DNA of 57,591 bases, from positions 1 to 57,591 of IMG/VR virus record IMGVR_UViG_3300042892_000963; one strand, given 5' to 3'. A program made the translations under genes and the position numbers. The stretch is from a virus (Duplodnaviria > Caudoviricetes). The notes beneath the pieces are model-generated. The model did not search any database and was not told the DNA's origin. It saw nothing but the letters and a program-made list of their open reading frames with translations. Below are positions 48,572 to 57,307 of this stretch, one piece after another; positions within the stretch are counted from its first letter, which is position 1, and the number at the start of each line of letters is the position of its first letter.

Positions 48572-51241
48572 ATGAGTTTCGTGGACGCATACTACGATCG
48601 CGACAATGACACTATCCGTGTCGTTGAACGTGACGACAAAGGGCAGAGGCATTTCAAAGACTATCCTGCCAGACATATATTCTATTACAACGATCCCAAA
48701 GGCAAGTTCCAATCTATCAAAGGTGAACCCCTTAGTCGAGTAAGTTCAAAGAATGTTAAAGAACATCGCAAAGAACTTGCTATACATTCAAACAAAAGAC
48801 TCTACGAGTCAGACATTAATCCTATCTATAGATGTCTTGAAGACCATTATCTCAATCAAGATGCTCCAAAACTAAATGTAGCATTTTTCGACATTGAGGT
48901 AGACTTCGATCCAGAACGTGGTTATGCATCACCAGACGATGCGTTCATGCCAATCACCGCCATTGCTGTGTATCTACAATGGATGGAGACCATGGTATGT
49001 TTGGCTATTCCCCCTAAGACTCTGAATATGGAAGAAGCAACTAAAGCAGTCGCAGAATTCCCCAACGTCATGCTGTTTGACAACGAAGCAGACATGTTGA
49101 ATACTTTCTTGGATCTAATACAGGAGGCGGATGTGCTGAGTGGCTGGAATTCGGAAGGCTTTGATATTCCGTATACCGTTAATCGTGTTACTAAGGTTCT
49201 CAGCAAAGAAGATACCAAACGATTTTGTCTATGGAACTGTTTGCCTAAGAAACGCGAATATGAAAAGTTCGGTAAAACTGCCACCACATATGACTTCATC
49301 GGTCGTGTGCATATAGACAGTCTTGAGCTGTATCGCAAGTACACTTATGAAGAACGCCATACATATCGATTAGATGCCATTGCTGAATATGAACTAGGTC
49401 AAAGAAAGACCCAATACGAAGGCACACTAGATCAATTGTACAACAACGATTTTAAAACATTCATTGAATACAACATCAATGACTGTAAACTGTTGGATGA
49501 TCTAGATAAGAAACTGAAATTCATCGATTTGGCTAATACAATTGCACACGAAAACACAGTGTTGTTAGCAACCACTATGGGTGCAGTGGCTGTGACTGAA
49601 CAAGCTATTATCAACGAAGCTCACCGCAGAGGTATGATAGTTCCTAATCGTAAAAAGATGGAAGAGCACGGAGACACACAGGCTGCTGGTGCTTACGTTG
49701 CATATCCTAAGAAAGGCATTCATGAGTGGATCGGTTCGCTGGATATTAACTCACTGTATCCTTCAGCGATTCGTGCGTTGAACATGGGTCCGGAAACCAT
49801 TGTAGGGCAGTTGCGACAAGATGGAACCAAGGATTTTATTGCAGCAGAAATGTCCAAAGGCAAATCTTTTGCGTCAGCTTGGGAAGGTATATTTGGTAGT
49901 CTCGAGTATTCCGCAGTTATGAACAAAGAAGTAGGTAGAGAAATCAACATCGACTGGGAAGGCGGCGGTTCTGACACTTTAAGTGCGGCACAGGCCTATG
50001 ATCTTATATTTGACAGCAACCAACCTTGGATGATCTCAGCTAATGGCACTATCTTCACATATGAAACAGAGGGAGTGATTTCAGGACTGCTGGCTCGTTG
50101 GTACAAAGAACGTAAGGAAATGCAGGCCAAGCTGAGAGAATGTATCCAAGCTGGCAACAAGATTGAAGAAGAATACTGGGACAAGCGACAGTTGGTCAAG
50201 AAGATTCTGTTAAACAGTCTATATGGTGCGATTTTAAATCCGGGCTGTAGATTCTTTGATAACAGAATTGGTCAGTCAACTACACTAACTGGTCGACAAA
50301 TTGCCAAACACATGGCATCAAAAGTTAACGAAATTATCACCGGAGAGTATGACCACGTAGGCAAAGCGGTCATATACGGTGACACAGACTCTTGTTATTT
50401 TTCAGCGTATGCTACACTGAAAAAAGACATTGAGAAAGGCCTGATTCCTTGGAACAGAGAATCAGTTGTTGAACTTTATGATACCATAGGAGATACAGTC
50501 AATGGCACATTTGTCAAATTCATGCAAGATGCATTCCACGTCCCCCGAGCTAGAGCCGAGGTCATCAAAGCAGGTCGCGAAATTGTTGCAAGCAAGGGAC
50601 TGTTCATTACCAAAAAACGATATGCAGTGCTCTACTACGACAAAGAAGGCAAACGAGCAGACACAGAAGGCAAACCAGGAAAAATTAAAGCGATGGGGCT
50701 TGATCTCAAGCGTTCAGATACCCCGGTTGTTATACAAGACTTCTTAAGTGAAGTGTTGACTAAGACACTAACTGGCGTGACCAAAGAAGAGATCCTGCAG
50801 TATATCACTGATTTCCGCACAGAGTTTAAAACTCGACCGGGTTGGGAGAAAGGTAGTCCCAAACGTGCTAACAATATTACAGAATACGCTGCCAAAGAAA
50901 AGAAGGCAGGCAAGACTAACATGCCCGGACATGTCAGAGCTTCATTAAATTGGAACACGTTGAAGCGAATGATGGACGACAAGTACTCAATGCAGGTAGT
51001 AGATGGCATGAAAGTGATTGTGTGCAAGATCAAAGACAATCCTATGGGGTATACTTCTGTGGCCTATCCTGTGGACGAACTGAGATTACCGCAGTGGTTC
51101 AAAGATCTGCCTTTCAACGATGCTGAAATGGAAACCACAGTGATCGATGAAAAGTTAGGAAACCTTATTGGTGTATTGGAATGGGACATCAGTTCAACAA
51201 GGTCGGATAATACATTTAACAAATTGTTTGATTTTGAGTAA
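48572..51241 (+). CDS. polB: family B DNA polymerase
   Basis: Exo I FDIE, exo II GWNSEGFD, motif A DINSLYPS, motif B KILLNSLYG, motif C YGDTDS, KKRYA. Confidence 0.97.
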   Translation: MSFVDAYYDRDNDTIRVVERDDKGQRHFKDYPARHIFYYNDPKGKFQSIKGEPLSRVSSKNVKEHRKELAIHSNKRLYESDINPIYRCLEDHYLNQDAPKLNVAFFDIEVDFDPERGYASPDDAFMPITAIAVYLQWMETMVCLAIPPKTLNMEEATKAVAEFPNVMLFDNEADMLNTFLDLIQEADVLSGWNSEGFDIPYTVNRVTKVLSKEDTKRFCLWNCLPKKREYEKFGKTATTYDFIGRVHIDSLELYRKYTYEERHTYRLDAIAEYELGQRKTQYEGTLDQLYNNDFKTFIEYNINDCKLLDDLDKKLKFIDLANTIAHENTVLLATTMGAVAVTEQAIINEAHRRGMIVPNRKKMEEHGDTQAAGAYVAYPKKGIHEWIGSLDINSLYPSAIRALNMGPETIVGQLRQDGTKDFIAAEMSKGKSFASAWEGIFGSLEYSAVMNKEVGREINIDWEGGGSDTLSAAQAYDLIFDSNQPWMISANGTIFTYETEGVISGLLARWYKERKEMQAKLRECIQAGNKIEEEYWDKRQLVKKILLNSLYGAILNPGCRFFDNRIGQSTTLTGRQIAKHMASKVNEIITGEYDHVGKAVIYGDTDSCYFSAYATLKKDIEKGLIPWNRESVVELYDTIGDTVNGTFVKFMQDAFHVPRARAEVIKAGREIVASKGLFITKKRYAVLYYDKEGKRADTEGKPGKIKAMGLDLKRSDTPVVIQDFLSEVLTKTLTGVTKEEILQYITDFRTEFKTRPGWEKGSPKRANNITEYAAKEKKAGKTNMPGHVRASLNWNTLKRMMDDKYSMQVVDGMKVIVCKIKDNPMGYTSVAYPVDELRLPQWFKDLPFNDAEMETTVIDEKLGNLIGVLEWDISSTRSDNTFNKLFDFE

Positions 51242-51249
51242 TTTCTAGG

Positions 51250-51278
51250 TTGCTTTTTACTCAAGATCTAAATATAAT
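51250..51278 (+). promoter_or_regulatory. sigma70-type promoter overlapping a TAAATA
   Basis: TTGCTT(51250-51255)-17 bp-TATAAT(51273-51278); TAAATA at 51269-51274. Confidence 0.6.
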
Positions 51279-51301
51279 CTTAATATACAGGAGAATTCTC
51301 A

Positions 51302-52039
51302 ATGAAAGATATTTTACAAGACATCGTTAGCCATACGCAGAATCTAGGCTTCTTGACCACAGTCAAGGTAACAGGCACAGATAAAGGCACAACTGTTAAC
51401 TCAATGGCCGATGACCGTTCAGTTATCATGGAGGCAGAAACTGCTAATCCATACCCAGATATGATCGGTGTGTTTGGTATGCCGCAACTCAACAAGTTGA
51501 AATATCTCTTGGAAGGTGCAGAGTACAAAGAAGGGGCAAAGATCAGTATTACCACAGCAGAACGCAATGGTGAAACTTTGCCAGTGGGTCTACACTTTGA
51601 AAACAAAGACGGCGACTTTAAAAACGACTATCGCTTTATGAATCAAGAAATCATCAATGAAAAGATGAAGACTGTGAAGTTTCGTGGCGTTAAGTGGGAT
51701 GTTGAAATTGAGCCGTCAGTGACCTCTGTGCTTCGCTTTAACTTCCAAGCAGGTGCTAACTCTGAGCATCCTACATTCCTTGCCAAGACAGAAGGCGGCA
51801 ATCTTAAATTTACGTTCGGTGATGCATCAACACACGGCGGCGAGTTTGTATTTGCACAGAACGTTGCAGGTAAACTTGATCGTGGTTGGACTTGGCCTGT
51901 GTTGCCAATCTTGAGCATTCTTAAGATTGCAGATACCAACACCACAAAGATGTCGTTGAGCAATGAAGGTGCTATTCAGATCACTCTAGATAGCGGACTT
52001 GCTACTTACAAATATATCATCCCAGCACAAGCTGCCTAA
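51302..52039 (+). CDS. putative sliding clamp (gp45/PCNA-like)
   Basis: 245-aa alpha/beta two-domain pattern ending YKYIIPAQ; adjacent to polB; a clamp loader is in the window. Confidence 0.65.
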   Translation: MKDILQDIVSHTQNLGFLTTVKVTGTDKGTTVNSMADDRSVIMEAETANPYPDMIGVFGMPQLNKLKYLLEGAEYKEGAKISITTAERNGETLPVGLHFENKDGDFKNDYRFMNQEIINEKMKTVKFRGVKWDVEIEPSVTSVLRFNFQAGANSEHPTFLAKTEGGNLKFTFGDASTHGGEFVFAQNVAGKLDRGWTWPVLPILSILKIADTNTTKMSLSNEGAIQITLDSGLATYKYIIPAQAA

Positions 52040-52041
52040 AT

Positions 52042-52407
52042 ATGATCAAAGGTTTACAAGGCGTAACAGGCATTACGGTTGGTGGCGGAAATACCGCCCT
52101 ACCATATGTCGGTCCAAACTCAAGCAACCCAATGACTGGGATGATGCGTATCCACAACACCGAACTAGAAGTGTTTAACGGATCAAATTGGCAAATGCTA
52201 TCTACCAGCTATGCCACAGTAGGCCTAGATCAAGATGTGCTAGACATTATACAATGGGCTCGTAAAAAACGCCAAGAAGAAAATGATTGGTACAAACTTG
52301 CTTCATCTAATGAAGCAGTTCGTATCGCATTAGAACAACTAGAACAGGCAAAAACAAGATTAGAACTTACAGCAATTTTATCGAGAGAATATGAAACAAC
52401 CAATTGA
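52042..52407 (+). CDS. hypothetical protein
   Basis: Packed 121-aa ORF. Confidence 0.7.
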   Translation: MIKGLQGVTGITVGGGNTALPYVGPNSSNPMTGMMRIHNTELEVFNGSNWQMLSTSYATVGLDQDVLDIIQWARKKRQEENDWYKLASSNEAVRIALEQLEQAKTRLELTAILSREYETTN

Positions 52408-54001
52408 CCTAACACCTTTACAGAAAGACTATGCTGTGTATTTGCCAGCTATCAGTTCTTTCTATTCAACTTATGTTGCAAAACAACGACTAGAAGAATT
52501 TGTTTCTAAAGATCGAATTCCTGCGGGATTTGATCGTGGCATTGAAGGCATGAACTTCTTAAATGCTGATCAAGGATACTTTACCTACAAGTATGCTCTG
52601 TATTCAGCAGGTCACGCACAGTTAGATCTTGAAAAGTCAATGACTCAAGAATCAATGATACAAGACCGTGATCGACCTAATACAATGATTTTAGGTGATT
52701 CAGGTGGATATCAGATTGGTAAAGGTGTTCTTAAGTTTGATTGGTTGAACTTTGAAGGGCCAGAAGCTACTAAGACTCGTCAAAAGATTCTTGAGTGGCT
52801 TGAACTTACTGCTGACTGGTCAATGATGTTAGACGTTCCAACATGGGCATGTGATCATATTCATTCACCAAAGACTGGATTGAAAACATTCGAAGACTGT
52901 CTAGAAAAGACTCGCTACAATAACGATTACTTCTTAATGAATCGGTTAGGTCAAACCAAATGGCTTAATGTTCTGCAAGGCGGAGACTGGGATACTGCTG
53001 AGAAATGGTATGCTGGCGTTAAAGAGTTTAGCGACCCCAAAGGCAAGTATGCCGGACGTGAAGCTGAAGGTTGGGCATTTGGTGGTGCTAATATGTGCAA
53101 GATGGATATCACCCTCAAACGTCTAATGACTATGCGTGACGAAGGTATGCTAGACGGCAAGAACTGGATTCACTTCTTGGGTACTGCACAGCTAGACTGG
53201 TCATGCTATCTAACACAGATTCAAAGACAAATACGTAAACATATCAATCCAGAACTTACTATCAGTTTTGACTGTGCAAGTCCGTTCATTGCCACTGCTC
53301 ACGGACTTGTCTATACAAATGCACAGCATACCAACAAGCGTTGGTCAGTGATCATGGATAAGGCTCCGGATAATAAAGCACTTGCTGGGCGTCACGACAT
53401 TCCGTTTCCTTTTGAAAGTGAGTTTGCAAGTCGATTGACTATGGGTGATATTGCCTATTACGATTACGGTGTTCGTAAGACTGATCAAGAATTAGCGGGT
53501 AAGAAATTTGATCATCTAAATCCAGAACACTATCATACTGTGCCCAAACTAAACAAGTTAGGCAAGATTCCGAACAAGACCAGTTGGGATAGTTTCAGCT
53601 ATGCATTAATGATGGGGCATAATGTTGAATGTCATATCAAGGCAGTACAACGTGCTCAACAGTTAATGGACATTGAATGTGCAAGATTTAAACCAGACTG
53701 GAGAATGAAAAGTATTGAAGGCAAAAAAGAAATTGAATTCAGTGATTGGGTTCCAAACAAAATTCTTTACTTTGGCACATTCGTTGAAGAACTATTCAAT
53801 ACTAGAACTAAAGCAGAAGCATTTGACATGATTGAGACTGCTGGACTATTCTTGAAATCGTTAGAAGGTGCTCGACTACAAGGAGGGCCTGCTGCAAATA
53901 CTTTTGGTAGTTTGTTTGAGTTTGATGATGGTAAAAAAGCTGGAGAAATTGATTTTGCAAATCCAGATGACGATGACCTAAATAGTCTTGTAGCCGAATA
54001 A
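52391..54001 (+). CDS. dpdA: TGT-fold deazaguanine transglycosylase, DpdA-like
   Basis: DSGGYQ, MLDVP, NVLQG, WAFGG, IHFLG and SFDCAS follow the TGT motif order; queD and folE context. Confidence 0.75.
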   Translation: MKQPIDLTPLQKDYAVYLPAISSFYSTYVAKQRLEEFVSKDRIPAGFDRGIEGMNFLNADQGYFTYKYALYSAGHAQLDLEKSMTQESMIQDRDRPNTMILGDSGGYQIGKGVLKFDWLNFEGPEATKTRQKILEWLELTADWSMMLDVPTWACDHIHSPKTGLKTFEDCLEKTRYNNDYFLMNRLGQTKWLNVLQGGDWDTAEKWYAGVKEFSDPKGKYAGREAEGWAFGGANMCKMDITLKRLMTMRDEGMLDGKNWIHFLGTAQLDWSCYLTQIQRQIRKHINPELTISFDCASPFIATAHGLVYTNAQHTNKRWSVIMDKAPDNKALAGRHDIPFPFESEFASRLTMGDIAYYDYGVRKTDQELAGKKFDHLNPEHYHTVPKLNKLGKIPNKTSWDSFSYALMMGHNVECHIKAVQRAQQLMDIECARFKPDWRMKSIEGKKEIEFSDWVPNKILYFGTFVEELFNTRTKAEAFDMIETAGLFLKSLEGARLQGGPAANTFGSLFEFDDGKKAGEIDFANPDDDDLNSLVAE

Positions 54002-54010
54002 GGAGTTGAC

Positions 54011-54238
54011 ATGTATCAAAATAGAATAAAGCATCTAGAAGAAGCGCATCGTGCTTTGGACAAACAGATAGACAGTATGGAAAAAACTGGCATCTATGAT
54101 GATCTAAAAATAGAAGAATTGAAGAAACAGAGGTTGCGTTTAAAGGACGATATTGTTATACTTAAACACAAGCACGAAGCAGTGATGCAAGAAGCACAGG
54201 CAGAACAAGAAGCAAAAAGAAACGGACTAGAACTATGA
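54011..54238 (+). CDS. YdcH/DUF465-like coiled-coil protein
   Basis: HRALDKQI...LKKQRLRLKD.I. Confidence 0.75.
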   Translation: MYQNRIKHLEEAHRALDKQIDSMEKTGIYDDLKIEELKKQRLRLKDDIVILKHKHEAVMQEAQAEQEAKRNGLEL

Positions 54239-54381
54239 AATGTAATACATGCGGTCAAGAGGTTTCAACCAACTGCGATTGGCAACAAGGTCGTTGCCCG
54301 CATCGAATTCCATTCTTAAATGATTATCATTTTCGATATCTCAACTTAATTAACTCAATCAAAAACTGGTTTAAACGATGA
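54235..54381 (+). CDS. small Cys-rich protein (not in ORF track)
   Basis: MKCNTCGQ...CDWQQGRCPH, 48 aa, ATGA-coupled at both ends. Confidence 0.65.
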   Translation: MKCNTCGQEVSTNCDWQQGRCPHRIPFLNDYHFRYLNLINSIKNWFKR

Positions 54382-54911
54382 AAAGAAATTACGAGTCAGG
54401 TGTTACTGATGCTATCACTTTCTTCACTGGGATAGAAATCGAACATACACCTGCATACGGAATGAAAACGCTGTTTGTTGTCGGGGAACATGATCCGTAT
54501 GTAATCATGGAACTGGCGAGAAATCATAAATGCGAACATATCTACTTCGGAGCTAATCAAAGTTTCAAAACGCTAGGCGTCAATGATTCAGCAACGTGGC
54601 GTCCTTGGGAGAATATGATTTATGTATGTCTCGATGCTGAAGATGGATTTTGGTGTACCTTAGACTTTGATGTTAAAGAAACAGAAGGACTGCTTGAAAG
54701 CGGTCTTACAGAAAAGCGTAGATTTATTCCGCAGATCAGTGTAAAATTACCTTATCTAAATCAACTGGGCTATAATGCTACATTAAAGATAGATGACAAA
54801 GATTTTAACGCAAGCAATCCTGGGGTGTGGTGCCATAACCTGCAGGACCTATTAGGAAGAGATCGCTTCACTAATTGGGATCAATATGGCAAAGATGAGA
54901 TTATCAAATGA
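54378..54911 (+). CDS. hypothetical protein in the deazaguanine cluster
   Basis: 177 aa with enzyme-like motifs GIEIEHTP and HIYFGAN. Confidence 0.75.
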   Translation: MKRNYESGVTDAITFFTGIEIEHTPAYGMKTLFVVGEHDPYVIMELARNHKCEHIYFGANQSFKTLGVNDSATWRPWENMIYVCLDAEDGFWCTLDFDVKETEGLLESGLTEKRRFIPQISVKLPYLNQLGYNATLKIDDKDFNASNPGVWCHNLQDLLGRDRFTNWDQYGKDEIIK

Positions 54912-55297
54912 GTGGTGGATACGCCGTAGCATCAACTGCAAAGGTTCCAAGAAGGATTCCAAGGATTACTGGTGCTAATACAGTTAAACGTGCAAGACAA
55001 TACGTAGAAGAAAGACCTATGAAACTAACATTTAAACAAAGAATTCGCAACTGGCTAATGAACGACAACGACGATGCTGAGTACGGTAATTCTATCAGCG
55101 TTGACGAAGAAGGCCCGAATATTCAAACACAGTCATTTAGATTAAATGTCTACAGTGCCGGTGGCGGAACTATTATCGAAACTACCAAATATGATCGTCA
55201 AAGAGACGACCACCGTCACAGCCTGCATATAGTCACCGACGACAAAGACCTTGGTGAAGAATTATCCAAAATTATCACCATGGAGAGTCTAAGATGA
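54908..55297 (+). CDS. hypothetical protein
   Basis: ATGA-coupled ORF. Confidence 0.7.
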   Translation: MSGGYAVASTAKVPRRIPRITGANTVKRARQYVEERPMKLTFKQRIRNWLMNDNDDAEYGNSISVDEEGPNIQTQSFRLNVYSAGGGTIIETTKYDRQRDDHRHSLHIVTDDKDLGEELSKIITMESLR

Positions 55298-55542
55298 ACA
55301 CACAAATTCAAGAAATTCTAAATAAGTCAACAGAAGATATTATGGGTGTTCCTGTCGTCAATCAAGAACTATTTGCTAGACTTCTTATAGAAGAATGTGC
55401 TAAAATATGTTTTGAACTTAGATTTACCACAGAAGGTCCTGCAGAAGGTGCATCATATCAACGCACACTCTGCGGAACTGCAATTAAAGAAAACTTTGGA
55501 CTTCAAGGCAAAGGCCCAATAACTGCAAAGAACGTAAAATGA
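55294..55542 (+). CDS. hypothetical protein
   Basis: ATGA-coupled ORF. Confidence 0.65.
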   Translation: MNTQIQEILNKSTEDIMGVPVVNQELFARLLIEECAKICFELRFTTEGPAEGASYQRTLCGTAIKENFGLQGKGPITAKNVK

Positions 55543-55928
55543 TTATTAGACAAGACCAAAGACCTAACAAAATGATTTGGGTTACCTTCCGCAAAGAAGG
55601 TATTCACAAATATCCGGCCGCACTTACAGATGCCAACCTTGCTACAGGTGATGAGTATGATGTAAGTTTTCTAGGATATCCACATCGTCACATCTTCCAC
55701 TTTAAAGTTTGGATTGGTGTTACGCACGATGACCGCGATATCGAGTTCATTCAGTTTAAACGCTGGTTGGAAAAACTGTACGCAGAAGGTACACTCCAAC
55801 TAGACTACAAGAGTTGCGAGATGATGTCAGGCGATTTGTTTGACGCTATCTCCAATAAGTATCCAGGTCGCGAGATTTGGATTGAGGTCTCCGAAGACGG
55901 AGAAAATGGTTCATTCATCAAATACTAA
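55539..55928 (+). CDS. QueD-paralog T-fold protein (DpdL-like)
   Basis: LGYPHRHIF replaces the QueD CxxxHGH motif; also DRDIEF, SCEM and VSED.ENG. Confidence 0.65.
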   Translation: MIIRQDQRPNKMIWVTFRKEGIHKYPAALTDANLATGDEYDVSFLGYPHRHIFHFKVWIGVTHDDRDIEFIQFKRWLEKLYAEGTLQLDYKSCEMMSGDLFDAISNKYPGREIWIEVSEDGENGSFIKY

Positions 55929-55939
55929 AAGGAACATCG

Positions 55940-56164
55940 ATGAAAAACTACAAGGACTACAGGTACTTTGAAAATCGTCCTGACGTTGTGAAAGTGTGGG
56001 AAGACCTTGAGGCCTACCACGATTGGTGCAGATTTCAACTCTGCGATTTCAACCCTGCAGATCTCTATCGTAGAGATTCTCAAAACTATGGATCGTATCT
56101 TGCCAGTAAGCGGCCAAGACGTCCATATCAAGGCAACAGACCAAACTTTCAAAAGAGAGGTTAA
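55940..56164 (+). CDS. hypothetical protein
   Basis: AAGGA RBS; 74 aa. Confidence 0.7.
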   Translation: MKNYKDYRYFENRPDVVKVWEDLEAYHDWCRFQLCDFNPADLYRRDSQNYGSYLASKRPRRPYQGNRPNFQKRG

Positions 56165-56167
56165 AAA

Positions 56168-57265
56168 ATGGCACGAGTTTTTCTTATTGATCTAGAAGCA
56201 GTTGAGACACGTTACACAGGTCAGTGGAAAACTCATGTGCCTGCGTTACTTAAAAAGGCAGGACACAATGTTCAAATTATATCTGGGCCTGAAGATATTC
56301 CTTCAGCCACTACTCCTGGTGCTTTTCTTAATTTTGGTGGCACCAATATATACAAGTCTAGTCAAGTTGAGCAGATGGGCCGGTTATTTTGTAACGGAGC
56401 CGTTCATCCCGGCGATCACTTTATCTTTACTGATGCTTGGCATCCTGGTATCATAAACTTAAAGTACATGAGTGAGTTGTTGGGTATTCCCGTAACTACA
56501 CATGGCTTATGGCATGCTGGCAGTTATGATCCACAGGACTTCTTAGGACGTCTTGTTGGAGATAAACCCTGGGTACGTCATGCAGAGAAGAGTTTCTACC
56601 ACGCTTTTGATCACAACTACTTTGCCACAGACTTTCACATTCATATGTTTTACGAGAATTTGATTCAACCTGATCCGGATCGTAAAGTAAGTATGTACAA
56701 GACTGTATTTGATGATACTTTATTCACCGACAAGGTTGTTCGCACAGGATGGCCCATGGAGTATATGACTGATACTCTACTCATGTACAAGAATATGCCC
56801 AAGCGTGATCTTATCTTGTTCCCGCATCGTATTGCTCCTGAGAAGCAGGTCGAAATCTTTCGTGACCTAAAACATCATTTGCCTCAATATGAGTTTGTTG
56901 TTTGTCAAGATCAACAACTAACAAAAAATGAATACCATAATTTACTAGGTGAAGCTAAAATGGTGTTTAGTGCTAACTTACAAGAAACACTAGGCATCAG
57001 TTGGTATGAAGGTGCTATAGTAGATGCTATCCCAATGGTTCCCGATAGACTAAGCTACAGCGAAATGGCGATGGACACATTTAAGTATCCTAGCAAATGG
57101 ACTGAATCGTTTGACGCTTACACTGTACATCGTCCAGACATCTGTAAAACAATTATAGAGCATATGGAAAATTACAGAACTCGTATACCTAGCCTAAATA
57201 AACAGGTAGATATACTAAAAGAAAACTTTTTTAGTTGCAATAAACTATTAGAGATGTTAAAATAA
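56168..57265 (+). CDS. GT-B fold glycosyltransferase (GT4-like)
   Basis: FPHRIAPEK and QETLGISWYEG (Ex7E) motifs, then P.VPD.LSY.E. Confidence 0.8.
   Translation: MARVFLIDLEAVETRYTGQWKTHVPALLKKAGHNVQIISGPEDIPSATTPGAFLNFGGTNIYKSSQVEQMGRLFCNGAVHPGDHFIFTDAWHPGIINLKYMSELLGIPVTTHGLWHAGSYDPQDFLGRLVGDKPWVRHAEKSFYHAFDHNYFATDFHIHMFYENLIQPDPDRKVSMYKTVFDDTLFTDKVVRTGWPMEYMTDTLLMYKNMPKRDLILFPHRIAPEKQVEIFRDLKHHLPQYEFVVCQDQQLTKNEYHNLLGEAKMVFSANLQETLGISWYEGAIVDAIPMVPDRLSYSEMAMDTFKYPSKWTESFDAYTVHRPDICKTIIEHMENYRTRIPSLNKQVDILKENFFSCNKLLEMLK
57235..57263 (+). promoter_or_regulatory. sigma70-type promoter of folE
   Basis: TTGCAA(57235-57240)-17 bp-TAAAAT(57258-57263) with TG extension. Confidence 0.65.
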
Positions 57266-57273
57266 TATAATAT

Positions 57274-57300
57274 ATGTCATCCACGACATTAACTCGGAGA
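57274..57300 (+). ncRNA. candidate mini-pseudoknot leader of folE
   Basis: Stem ATGTC/GACAT, loop ATCCAC, tail TAACTC-GGAGA; loop TCC can pair with GGA of the RBS. Confidence 0.45.
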
Positions 57301-57307
57301 AACTCAA

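Noticed and set aside
49800-50040. Intein in PolB (extra sequence after motif A)
   Set aside because: The segment is short and lacks an N-terminal Cys/Ser block, a C-terminal His-Asn and LAGLIDADG motifs; it looks like an ordinary lineage-specific insertion.
4504-51963. Numerous minus-strand ORFs in the track (e.g. 4504-5133, 19872-20744, 37577-38146, 48922-49344)
   Set aside because: They are antisense shadows of well-supported plus-strand genes and lack RBS, promoter or recognisable motifs.
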